Shown in pieces: positions 29,345 through 38,833 of a stretch of DNA of 64,000 bases. Positions within the stretch are counted from its first letter, which is position 1, and each line of letters opens with the position of its first letter. A program made the translations under genes and the position numbers. The stretch covers positions 1 to 64,000 of the forward strand of contig JBHLNS010000006.1 of assembly GCA_048941285.1 (NCBI GenBank). Reading direction: 5' to 3'. The notes beneath the pieces are model-generated. The model was not told where the DNA came from. It saw nothing but the letters and a program-made list of their open reading frames with translations, and did not search any database. This DNA is from Promethearchaeota archaeon (GTDB taxonomy: Archaea; Asgardarchaeota; Lokiarchaeia; Sigyniarchaeales; SOKP01).

Positions 29345-30568
29345 TTGGTTATTAAAAAAATGTCCTTTAAAAAAGCTTATATACCTTATGGGCAGTATTG
29401 GAGTACACCTTTTTCAAGGTGGCAAATGAGTTTTCAAGATCTCCATGCTATTAAATTTGCAGCTGATATCTCTACACGTTTTTTGAATGAAAGGGGAATT
29501 TCCCCCAAAGAATTTGATCAGCTTATATTTGGTTTAACCATTCCACAACTTAATTGTTTTTATGGGGGTCCATGGTTAGCGAGTTTGATTGGAGCTAAGG
29601 CAACTACAGGACCAATAATTGGTCAAGCTTGTGCTACTGGAACCAATTCTGTTTCAATTGCAGCACAACATATAGAGACGGGTATTAATCAGAATGTTCT
29701 TGTTGTGTGTGCAGATCGATGTTCCAACGGACCTCATCTCGTATATCCTAATCCTCAAGCACCTGGAAGCACATTAGATTCAGAAAATTGGGTATGGGAT
29801 AATTTTGGTTATGATCCCTATGCCAAAAATGCAATGATTGAAACGGGTGAAAATGTAGCTAAAGAAGCTGGGATTACCAAAGATGAGCAAGATGAGGTTA
29901 CTTTATTACGTTATAATCAATATCAAGATTCATTAAAAAATGATCGAGCATTCCAAAAAAAGTACATGATAGGACCAATAGAGGTAAAAGATCGCTCTGG
30001 TAGAAAAGTTTTAGCTACACTAGAAGGAGATGAAGGTATTTACCCTACTACTATGGAAGGACTTTCTAAACTTCGCCCCGTACTTCCAGATGGCACTATA
30101 ACTTATGGAACCCAAACACATCCCGCAGATGGAAACTGTGGTATCATTGTAACAACAAAAGAAAAAGCAAAAAAATTAAGCAAAAGAGACGATGTTGTAG
30201 TTAGAGTCGTATCATATGGAGATCACAAAACAAAAAAAGGATATATGGCGATGGCCATCGTTCCAGCTGCAAAGAAAGCTTTAGAAATTGCAGGAATTTC
30301 CATAGCAGACATATCTGTAATTAAAACACATAATCCCTTTGCGGTTAATGATATATATTTCTCGAGAGAGATGGATGTGGATTGGAAGAAAATGAATAAT
30401 TATGGTAGCTCTCTAATATTTGGTCATCCTCAAGCACCTACAATGTTAAGAATTATAATAGAACTTATAGAAGAATTAGTAGAGAAGGGTGGAGGATTAG
30501 GTCTCGCTGATGGATGTGCTGCTGGTGATACTGGTGCAGCTTTGATTTTGGAAGTAAACGTGGATTAA
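29345..30568 (+). CDS. Thiolase family protein (candidate 3-oxoacyl/3-oxopimeloyl-CoA thiolase)
   Basis: QACATG active Cys, HNPFAVND (in place of NEAF), GHPQ, GCAAGDTG. Confidence 0.85.
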   Translation: MVIKKMSFKKAYIPYGQYWSTPFSRWQMSFQDLHAIKFAADISTRFLNERGISPKEFDQLIFGLTIPQLNCFYGGPWLASLIGAKATTGPIIGQACATGTNSVSIAAQHIETGINQNVLVVCADRCSNGPHLVYPNPQAPGSTLDSENWVWDNFGYDPYAKNAMIETGENVAKEAGITKDEQDEVTLLRYNQYQDSLKNDRAFQKKYMIGPIEVKDRSGRKVLATLEGDEGIYPTTMEGLSKLRPVLPDGTITYGTQTHPADGNCGIIVTTKEKAKKLSKRDDVVVRVVSYGDHKTKKGYMAMAIVPAAKKALEIAGISIADISVIKTHNPFAVNDIYFSREMDVDWKKMNNYGSSLIFGHPQAPTMLRIIIELIEELVEKGGGLGLADGCAAGDTGAALILEVNVD

Positions 30569-30627
30569 ATTAAATTCTTATATTTATTTTTTTGTTATTT
30601 ATTTGAATTATTTTATAGGTTTCTTGA

Positions 30628-31854
30628 ATGCTTAGAAAGAAAATAAAGGTAACAAATGAATTAAACCAAGTAATGTCTGATTATTATCATGAGTTAGATC
30701 AAGCTTCTAAAAATAGTAATCAGAAAGTTGCTTGGTGTTCCAGTGTTGGCCCAGCCGAAATTCTAAGAAGTCTAGATTTTAAAGTTTATTTTCCAGAGAA
30801 CCATAGTGCAATGTTGGGTTCTTCTAGAATGTCTACGGATTTAATTCCATATGCAAATGCAATAGGATATTCACCTGAAATTTGTTCCTATCTAACAGCT
30901 GATATAGGAGCCTATTTAAAGCAGGTAACTCCCTTATCTAAAGTATACCCAGATATAAAGAATATTCCTAAACCTGATGTGCTTGTATTTAATACAAATC
31001 AATGTAGAGAAGTTCAAGATTGGTTTACATGGTATGCTAATGAATTTAAAGTTCCATTAGTAGGTATTTCTACTCCCAGAACTATAAGTGAAATTAAAGA
31101 TGCCCATATAACCTTTATTGCTCAACAGATGGAACACCTAGTTCAAGAATTGGAAAAAATATCACCCATAAATTATGATCTTAAGAAGCTTAAGGATGTA
31201 GTATCACTTTCGCGTGAATGTTCTGATTTATGGAAAAAAGTGCTAGATACAGCAGCAAATATACCTTCACCATTCACATTTTTCGATGGAACAATTCATA
31301 TGGGACCTGCTGTAGTATTAAGAGGAACTAAGCAAGCTATTGATTATTATAAAATTCTCTTATTGGAGTTAGAGGAAAGAGTAACAGATAAAATGGCTGC
31401 TGTAGAAGATGAGAGATACAGACTTTATTGGGAAGGAATGCCTATTTGGGGAAGGTTAAAACACTATTCTGAATTATTTGCTAGTCTTAAAGTGTGTGTT
31501 GTTGCCTCGACTTATTGCAATAGTTGGATATTTTCTGCTTTTGACGAGAATGATCCGTTTCGGAGTATGGCTAAAGCTTATACTGAATTATTTATAGTAC
31601 GTTCAGATGAGTATAAAGAGAAATATCTCAAGAAAATGACAGAATTTTTTAAAATTGATGGAATTATTTTTCATGATGCTAAAACTTGTCCTCATAATAC
31701 TAATTCTCGCTATGGTATGCCACAAAGAATTGAAATAGAAACAGGAGTACCAAACCTGGTAATAAATGGAGATTTAAACGATATAAGATGTCTTTCAGAT
31801 GAACAATCACGAACAAGTATTGAAGCTTTTATTGAACAATTAGAAGAAAGTTAA
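30628..31854 (+). CDS. 2-hydroxyacyl-CoA dehydratase family subunit (HgdAB/FldBC/BcrBC fold)
   Basis: VAWCSS.GPAE, FPENH, EICSY, NTNQC, YWEGMP.W, KTCP, IEAFIEQL. Confidence 0.85.
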   Translation: MLRKKIKVTNELNQVMSDYYHELDQASKNSNQKVAWCSSVGPAEILRSLDFKVYFPENHSAMLGSSRMSTDLIPYANAIGYSPEICSYLTADIGAYLKQVTPLSKVYPDIKNIPKPDVLVFNTNQCREVQDWFTWYANEFKVPLVGISTPRTISEIKDAHITFIAQQMEHLVQELEKISPINYDLKKLKDVVSLSRECSDLWKKVLDTAANIPSPFTFFDGTIHMGPAVVLRGTKQAIDYYKILLLELEERVTDKMAAVEDERYRLYWEGMPIWGRLKHYSELFASLKVCVVASTYCNSWIFSAFDENDPFRSMAKAYTELFIVRSDEYKEKYLKKMTEFFKIDGIIFHDAKTCPHNTNSRYGMPQRIEIETGVPNLVINGDLNDIRCLSDEQSRTSIEAFIEQLEES

Positions 31855-31922
31855 TTTTGGTATAATTTTTAAAGAATTGTGAATAAGAAATTTTGTATAT
31901 ATGTTTATGAGGGAGCCTAAAA

Positions 31923-32393
31923 ATGGTTGATAAGATAAATGCTATAGACATTAAAAATTATATAGGTAAAGAATTTAAAACTCGATGGATCCAAGTCACT
32001 CAAGAAGCTATAGATAAATTTGCGGATCTTACAAAAGATCATCAATATATCCATATTAATCCAGAAAAAGCGAAGAGATCAATTTATGGTGAAACTGTTG
32101 CTCACGGTTTCTATGTTTTGGCCATGCTTGGATTCTTTACATTACAAGATGGAGAAAAAGATTCCATGCAATTCTACGTAACAGATGCAAAAGCAATAAT
32201 CAATTACGGATTCGACAAAATAAGATTTATTTCAGCTGTTCCTGTTGGTGCGTTTATTCGGGATGTGACTTATATATCAAAAGTTGAGTTAGTTAAGCGA
32301 GGTATGAAATTCACTTCTCATCACATAATCGAAATTAAAGGACAAGAAAAACCTGCTCTTATAGCAGATTGGATTAATCTTCTTGTTTTATAA
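31923..32393 (+). CDS. MaoC family (NodN-like) dehydratase
   Basis: FADLTKDHQYIH...TVAHGF, NYGFDKIRFISAVPVG, KPAL. Confidence 0.88.
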   Translation: MVDKINAIDIKNYIGKEFKTRWIQVTQEAIDKFADLTKDHQYIHINPEKAKRSIYGETVAHGFYVLAMLGFFTLQDGEKDSMQFYVTDAKAIINYGFDKIRFISAVPVGAFIRDVTYISKVELVKRGMKFTSHHIIEIKGQEKPALIADWINLLVL

Positions 32394-32439
32394 ATTAAAT
32401 TAAAATTCATTAAATATATCTTGATTCTATATAAATAAA

Positions 32440-32796
32440 TCAGTTTGTAATTATTTTTTGCAGTGAATTTTCAATTTCTTGTATTTCTTCTGAATTAGGT
32501 CTTAAAATAAATGATTTCTCTCTGGTTTTTTCTTGAATTATTATGAATCCAGACCCTTTCACCCTATCTTTAATGTGATTCTTCCTATTTTGGGCAGCTA
32601 AATTCAAAATTGAAACTATATAATCATATTGAGTCTTATTTAATTCTTTTTTTAAATAATCTCCACCATTATAAAAACCACTCGAACTATTATATGGTTT
32701 TATAGGAATATATTCAATTGTTTCTGCATTTATAATATATTTATTACCATTTCCATCGAAATAATAGTAAATTTTTATAATAGAATTAAGACCCAT
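32440..32796 (-). CDS. Hypothetical protein
   Basis: Open frame with GGGG SD-like motif upstream; DGNGN.Y, EY.P.KP..SSSG.Y.GG. Confidence 0.55.
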   Translation of the reverse strand: MGLNSIIKIYYYFDGNGNKYIINAETIEYIPIKPYNSSSGFYNGGDYLKKELNKTQYDYIVSILNLAAQNRKNHIKDRVKGSGFIIIQEKTREKSFILRPNSEEIQEIENSLQKIITN

Positions 32797-32829
32797 TTTC
32801 CATCCCCTTGATTTATAACAAATACAGAA

Positions 32830-33111
32830 TTATCCACCAACTAATGGTGGTGATATTACTATTTGATCTCCATCTTTTAGTTTTGTGTTTAATTCATCTA
32901 GAAATAGATAATTCCTCCCATTTACCAAAATTACAACATGGCTCTCTAATTTTCCTTTTGGGGTTATAAAATTTTTTCGTATTTTGTTTCCATGTTCATT
33001 CATGAATAGTTCGATAACTTCTCCTAATGTATCAACTTCAGAATAATCGATCTGAGATAGACCTACATCAGTAGAAAATATAGTCATCAATTTAAGCGTA
33101 ACATGCACCAT
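32830..33111 (-). CDS. MoaD/ThiS/SAMP ubiquitin-like sulfur carrier
   Basis: ILVNGRN...L.T.LKDGD.I.ISPPLVGG with C-terminal GG. Confidence 0.9.
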   Translation of the reverse strand: MVHVTLKLMTIFSTDVGLSQIDYSEVDTLGEVIELFMNEHGNKIRKNFITPKGKLESHVVILVNGRNYLFLDELNTKLKDGDQIVISPPLVGG

Positions 33112-33241
33112 TAAATCATTAATATTCTATTGATGTTAAAAATTTTATTCAATAGAATTATAAAGATTAATCACAAGGTTAAAAATTTTTAAATAATATT
33201 TTCAAGTAACACATTAAATCCTCTCAATTCAAGTGAAGTGA

Positions 33242-34792
33242 ATGAATTCCAGAAATGGCTTAATTGAAAAATTAAATGGTATTATAAAAAAAGGGCAAAT
33301 ATTAACAGATTTAGAGGATCTTTATATTTATTCTTTTGAACAAATATTTCTAGATCAAAAGTCTACAAAGCCAGATATTGTTGTTCGAGTATCCTCTTCA
33401 GACGAAGAAAATGAACTTAGAAAATTAGCTGAAAAAGAGGATATCATTTTAATCGAGAGAGGAAAAGGCAATAATCAATTTTTTCATAATACTTCAAAGA
33501 CTGTATTATTATTGGATAATGTTGAAGCCCCTAAACTTGAGAGTTGCCTTGATGAGTCAAATCATAAAGAAGATTTTATCTCAAGTTTAAAAAAATTTCC
33601 TCTAAGTGGAGCTGGAACTTATAAAAACCTTGCTTTAGCAGTGCAAAATTTACTTGTAGGGAAGATTTTAAACAAATGTCAAAAATGTACAACTTGCAGT
33701 GGATATTGTACTGTAAGTCCTTATTTTAATGGAATCGAGACCTATTCTTCAAAAGGTAGAATGCTTATCACAAAGGGTATAATGAAAGGAGATTTAGAGT
33801 TTTCTGATAAAGTTGTAGATATTTTATACAATTGTACTAAGTGTGGCCTTTGTTTTGCTCAGTGCTTTCAAGATTTAGAATTTCATGAAGCAATACTTTA
33901 TTTAAGAAATAAAATAGCTAAAAATAATTTAGTCCCAGATATTTTTCATACAGCAGCTAAGCATATTTTTGAGCATGGAGATCCTAGTGCTATATCTGCT
34001 CGACATCGACTCTCTAGAGTGAAAAATTATTCTAAATTATTATTACCAAAAAAGGCAAAAACTCTTGGGTGGCTAGGATGCACAGTAGCAACTCGAACTC
34101 CTAAAACTGCTGAATCCTTTATCAATGTTTTGAAAAAAGTTAACCAAGATTTCACTATGCTAGGAAAAGAAGAGGGATGCTGTGGATATGTCTTAATATC
34201 AGCTGGCTTGTGGGATGAAGCAAAAAAGATTGCGAGTGATGTAATTAAAAGAGTTGAAAATACCAATGCGGAAACACTTATAACACCTTGTTCTGGTTGT
34301 TATTATACTTTCACCAGACTCTATCCTGAAGTTTTGGACAGGCAAATGCCTTGTGAAATACTTCATACATCTCAATTCTTTGAGAACTTAATAAAGACTG
34401 AAAAGGTCAAGTTAAAACCATTAGATATGAGGGTTACATATCACGATCCTTGCTCCCTTGGAAGACATAGTAATGTTTATGATGCACCACGAAATGTATT
34501 AAAAGCAATTCCAAGCCTTGAACTTATAGAATTACCAATGAATAGAAATTGTGCAAGATGTTGTGGTGGTGGTGGCGGATTATGGTCATATAATAATGAT
34601 GCAAGTTTAAAATCAACGCAGGCAAGACTTAAAGAAGATTTAATTCCAATAAATGTAAATGTTTTAACAACTGCTTGTCCACAATGCCAATTAAATTTCC
34701 GGTTTGCTTCCCGTATGAAAAAAATCGGTGATAAAGCTACGAAAATTTATGATATCACAGAATTATTTGATAGAGCGATGCAATTTGACTAA
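33242..34792 (+). CDS. Fe-S oxidoreductase (GlcF/HdrD-like, two CCG domains) with a degenerate GlcD-like N-terminus
   Basis: CQKCTTCSGYC, CTKCGLCFAQC, EGCCG, PCSGC, YHDPCSLGR, CCGGGGG, TACPQC. Confidence 0.8.
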   Translation: MNSRNGLIEKLNGIIKKGQILTDLEDLYIYSFEQIFLDQKSTKPDIVVRVSSSDEENELRKLAEKEDIILIERGKGNNQFFHNTSKTVLLLDNVEAPKLESCLDESNHKEDFISSLKKFPLSGAGTYKNLALAVQNLLVGKILNKCQKCTTCSGYCTVSPYFNGIETYSSKGRMLITKGIMKGDLEFSDKVVDILYNCTKCGLCFAQCFQDLEFHEAILYLRNKIAKNNLVPDIFHTAAKHIFEHGDPSAISARHRLSRVKNYSKLLLPKKAKTLGWLGCTVATRTPKTAESFINVLKKVNQDFTMLGKEEGCCGYVLISAGLWDEAKKIASDVIKRVENTNAETLITPCSGCYYTFTRLYPEVLDRQMPCEILHTSQFFENLIKTEKVKLKPLDMRVTYHDPCSLGRHSNVYDAPRNVLKAIPSLELIELPMNRNCARCCGGGGGLWSYNNDASLKSTQARLKEDLIPINVNVLTTACPQCQLNFRFASRMKKIGDKATKIYDITELFDRAMQFD

Positions 34793-34800
34793 TTTAAATA

Positions 34801-36474
34801 TTATTTTTCAATAAATTTTTCAGAGGGACTAGTTTCTTGAGGAGGAAGTCTTTTTTTTTCGAAAAAGTCCAATGGAAGACTTCTTTTTATTCTGGACATT
34901 CCCGCTACTAATACTATAGTGATTACTATCATCGATATTAATAATACAAAAGGAAATTGGGGTATAGTGTATACTCCAATATTTATATTATTGCCACTAA
35001 ATGTATTGTTTGTAATTTCAATGGAAGAACAGTAATATCGATAAATCCCGACATAATTATTTGAGATTGTGTTCATTTCAATGATAATATTAGTACTCCA
35101 AAGAAGATATATACCATAATTATCGTGATCGTCAATTGTATTTCCCAAAATATTAGTATAATAGCTATAGTATACAGATATTCCATTGTAAGTATTATCT
35201 AAAGTATTATCAGTGATATTATTAAAATTGCTATAGGATATTTCCATTCCAATATAATTATCTATCACTATGTTTCTTGAAATAATCGTGTAAGTACTTA
35301 CATATAATTCTAATCCTGCCCAATCATTAGATTGCATTGTGTTTCTGGAAATGATGTTATGATCACAAGAAGATTGATATATTCCATTTTGGTTGTCATA
35401 CATGATGTTTTTTGAGATTTTGTTATAATCACTATATTGCAAATAAATACCTCCCCCCCCATTAAATTGTACTGTGTTTTCTAAAATAAAGTTGTTATCA
35501 CTATTCCAAATCCGTATACCATGTATATCACTGTTCATTACTAGATTTTCTGAAATATTATTGTAATTGCCATGCTCTATTGATATCCCATAATAACTGT
35601 GATGATTTATCCTATTCTCTTTTATTAGGTTATAATTACATCTATTAAAACCTATTCCATAAATTCCATTTGAATTAAAAATATTATCTGTAAGATTGTT
35701 ATCATTACTATTATATGAGCCAACTCCACCTACATCATTTTCACTTAAGACATTACTTGTAATATTGTTGTTATTACTATTTAATAAACCGATACCTAGG
35801 TCATTTTCGGTAGCTTCATTAATTGAAATTGTGTTATAGCTACTATCACCCAACCCTATTCCATAATCATTGTTCAGATAAGCGTTATTATTTGAAATTG
35901 AATTATTATGACTATTATCTAAGCCTATACCGCCCACCAAATTTTCATATGTTGTGTTATTCGCAATAATGTTTTGATTGCTATTTGACAAACCGATCCC
36001 TACTAAATCATTATCCTGAGCCGTGTTATTGATTATTTTTGAGTTACTAACATTCCTTAAGGAAATCCCTGCTAATGAAGCTTTCAAAACTGTACAATTT
36101 TTGATTACAAAATATTTAATTGAATTCTCTATACGAATACAGTTATCAAAATTCTTATTAACGTCAATAGTTATACTTTCTAAAATATACGGATTAGAAA
36201 TTGTTCCATTACCACCTCCAAACCATGCTTCTCCCTCGGCCCACGTCCAATTATTTGTTCCATGGTCATTTATTTCAATTGGAGATGACAATTCCCAATA
36301 ACCTGATGTCTCTAGATTTTCGTTATCTAAATTAACTTTATCGTTATTTTCTAAACTTCCAAATTGATATCTCATGATATATAAATTGAGATAGCTATTA
36401 ACGAAAGAAAACATTGTGAAAATGATTCCTATTGAAATAATAATTATTTTTGCTTTTCTAAACTTAGTCATCAC
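34801..36474 (-). CDS. NosD/CASH parallel beta-helix surface protein
   Basis: N-terminal TM, GNGTISNPYIL, many ~22-23-aa GI.L..S..N.I..N repeats, C-terminal TM anchor. Confidence 0.85.
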   Translation of the reverse strand: MMTKFRKAKIIIISIGIIFTMFSFVNSYLNLYIMRYQFGSLENNDKVNLDNENLETSGYWELSSPIEINDHGTNNWTWAEGEAWFGGGNGTISNPYILESITIDVNKNFDNCIRIENSIKYFVIKNCTVLKASLAGISLRNVSNSKIINNTAQDNDLVGIGLSNSNQNIIANNTTYENLVGGIGLDNSHNNSISNNNAYLNNDYGIGLGDSSYNTISINEATENDLGIGLLNSNNNNITSNVLSENDVGGVGSYNSNDNNLTDNIFNSNGIYGIGFNRCNYNLIKENRINHHSYYGISIEHGNYNNISENLVMNSDIHGIRIWNSDNNFILENTVQFNGGGGIYLQYSDYNKISKNIMYDNQNGIYQSSCDHNIISRNTMQSNDWAGLELYVSTYTIISRNIVIDNYIGMEISYSNFNNITDNTLDNTYNGISVYYSYYTNILGNTIDDHDNYGIYLLWSTNIIIEMNTISNNYVGIYRYYCSSIEITNNTFSGNNINIGVYTIPQFPFVLLISMIVITIVLVAGMSRIKRSLPLDFFEKKRLPPQETSPSEKFIEK

Positions 36475-36693
36475 TTATTCGCCAAAAATGTAATAATCGT
36501 AAATAAAAAGATCATTAATTGGTATTTAATGTTTTAGTAAACTTTTCAACAGAACAGAACTGTGCATAATTTAGAGAAAGATTATCATTTTGCATAATAC
36601 TTAAATAATTCATTATCACAAATAATAATTATTTACTATTTTGTAAATCCACTCTTAATTAGAATTACTTTATAACTTTTAGAAGTGATATAA

Positions 36694-37623
36694 TTGATTG
36701 ATCCTTCGATGTTTATTGCTCCCTTTGCGATTTTATATGCATTATATATCACTCTTGTATACCTAGCAATTTATGCAAGAAAAAAAATTTTAGAAGAAGG
36801 TAAAAATTGGAGAGGTATCCCAATATTTTTGGGGATAGTAGCTTTCTTTGTTGTGATTGGTGTAATATTCTTTGGGATCTATACGTTGTTTATTTTGTGG
36901 TATGCAGCTTTCTTCATTATACCGACTCTTATTGCTTTACCATTAATATTCGCTTACAGGGCAAATTCCAAAATAAAGAGAAGAGATATATTGGAATATG
37001 AAGTACTCCACAGAGAAATGAGTTGGAGTGAGACTTTGGGGATGATAGGTCCTGTTCTCGTTTTAATCGGATGTGTGATGCTTTTTATCTCGTCTTTTCT
37101 TTATGTAATTTTTGGATGGTATTATATAAATTATTTATCTACTCTATTTACTTGGGGGTGTAGCCTATTAGGTTTCAGCGGAATAATTCTTGGGTTAAAA
37201 GGAAGAGCTTATGGAAGATTTCTTTGTTTTCTTGCTGGAGTCTTAATTGTAGCAGGAATGTATATTCCATTCGGGTTTTATCTTACCATAACTATGTTTA
37301 TGTTTGATCCATATATCGTTGGAATTGGAGCTATACTCAGTATTATCTCTGGAAAAAATTTTTTGGTATATTACTTGAGAAGAAGCGAAATTACTGAGAG
37401 ATTTATTAGTATTGAAGATGAAATAGATAAAGTAAAGGACTTAAAATTATTTCTGCAAGAAAAATTAGGCTCAGATTGGGAGAAAATAAAGATAAGTTTT
37501 GAAGCTTATCAAGCCGGTGAATTGGATAAAAAAACATTCATAGCAACTGCTATCAAGAATATTGGGAATAACTTTATTGACATATTTAAAGAATTAAAAG
37601 GAGGGAAACCAAGTGAAATATGA
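36694..37623 (+). CDS. Hypothetical multi-pass membrane protein with soluble C-terminal domain
   Basis: About 7 hydrophobic segments followed by a charged tail. Confidence 0.6.
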   Translation: MIDPSMFIAPFAILYALYITLVYLAIYARKKILEEGKNWRGIPIFLGIVAFFVVIGVIFFGIYTLFILWYAAFFIIPTLIALPLIFAYRANSKIKRRDILEYEVLHREMSWSETLGMIGPVLVLIGCVMLFISSFLYVIFGWYYINYLSTLFTWGCSLLGFSGIILGLKGRAYGRFLCFLAGVLIVAGMYIPFGFYLTITMFMFDPYIVGIGAILSIISGKNFLVYYLRRSEITERFISIEDEIDKVKDLKLFLQEKLGSDWEKIKISFEAYQAGELDKKTFIATAIKNIGNNFIDIFKELKGGKPSEI

Positions 37624-38302
37624 AAATTGGAGACAGATTGCTTTTCTTTTAACTATAATAAATTGCATACAATCTCTTATCTTTACTAGTTTAGCAATGC
37701 TTTTTTACCCTGGAGGTACATTTTCAGATCCTAATACTGATGGTTATTCCTTTTTTGGAAATATCTTTAGTGACTTAGGTAGGTTTACTGCTCATTCAGG
37801 TGAATCAAATTTTATTTCCTTTATCATGTATAATACTTCATTATTCGCAATGGGTGTGTTATTTATTCCATTCTTCATAGCAATACCCTATCTGTTTAAA
37901 AAAGAAGGAGAAGGAAAAGGGTTGGCAAAAATAAGTTCTCTATTAGGGATATTAGTTGTAGTAGCGATGGCAGGCGCTAGTCTTACTCCCGCGGATCTTT
38001 ATTATGTCATTCATGTTAGTTTTGGATTTTTTAGTTTCATTGCTTTACTTCCTTTAACGATTTTATATACATTAGCAATTTTTCAAAATAAAGCATATCA
38101 TAAACATTATGCTTATGTGAATATAGTTTTTGGTATAATGCAGATTATTTTTTTATTAATAATGTCCTTCAGTGCTAGTGAAACCGGAGTATCAACAACC
38201 TTTGCAGCTGGTCAAAATATCATTGTTATAGCCATGTTAAGTTGCTTTCTTATTCAAGCTTATGGTGCAAGGAAATTAGATAAAAGTATGATAAATTCAT
38301 AG
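37613..38302 (+). CDS. DUF998-like membrane protein
   Basis: YPGG...YSFFGNIFSDLG, PAD...H; about 6 TM. Confidence 0.65.
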   Translation: MKYENWRQIAFLLTIINCIQSLIFTSLAMLFYPGGTFSDPNTDGYSFFGNIFSDLGRFTAHSGESNFISFIMYNTSLFAMGVLFIPFFIAIPYLFKKEGEGKGLAKISSLLGILVVVAMAGASLTPADLYYVIHVSFGFFSFIALLPLTILYTLAIFQNKAYHKHYAYVNIVFGIMQIIFLLIMSFSASETGVSTTFAAGQNIIVIAMLSCFLIQAYGARKLDKSMINS

Positions 38303-38339
38303 AAATAATAAAATATATATCTAAAACAAAATTAGTCTT

Positions 38340-38495
38340 TTATTTTGCTAAACCTCGAACTTTTGGTTGCCCTGGCCAAGGCCATGAGATCCTATATTTA
38401 ACATTACAATGAGGACAAATAGCTTCTTTGGCATTTGGTTGAACAGGAAATCTTTCAAGACAATTCATACACCTACATTTAGGATTTTCACTCAA
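38340..38495 (-). CDS. Small zinc-ribbon protein (51 aa), missed by the track
   Basis: TTG start with AGGTGA SD; MSENPKCRCMNCLERFPVQPNAKEAICPHCNVKYRISWPWPGQPKVRGLAK. Confidence 0.75.
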   Translation of the reverse strand: MSENPKCRCMNCLERFPVQPNAKEAICPHCNVKYRISWPWPGQPKVRGLAK

Positions 38496-38833
38496 AAATA
38501 GCTCACCTATTTACATAAAACGTTTCAAGACTAATTTTTAATTATAAGAGTTTAACAATCGTTCTATAGAATTTTTATTTTTAAATTTATACTTAAATGA
38601 TGCTCCTATTACTACTTTATTATAATCTACTACTTATTAGTTTTCGTTGAAATATTTAAATCTAATGGATAATATAAATAAAAGGCAAAATATTTTTAAT
38701 CTTGCAAGTGAATACTAGTATTAAGATTAATTCTGAGTTCAAATCTGAGGTAGATGTGGGCACATTTTCCCATTACACTGAAATACATAGAGATTTGTTT
38801 TAAACCAAAAATGAAAGATAAGGGTGGAAGATT

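Noticed and set aside
32830-33111. SAMP/MoaD as a novel ubiquitin system
   Set aside because: Ordinary sulfur carrier expected near tungsten AOR genes.
34801-36474. Periodic Asn/Ile-rich repeats as a DNA repeat array or CRISPR
   Set aside because: Protein-level beta-helix repeats; no identical nucleotide repeats with spacers.
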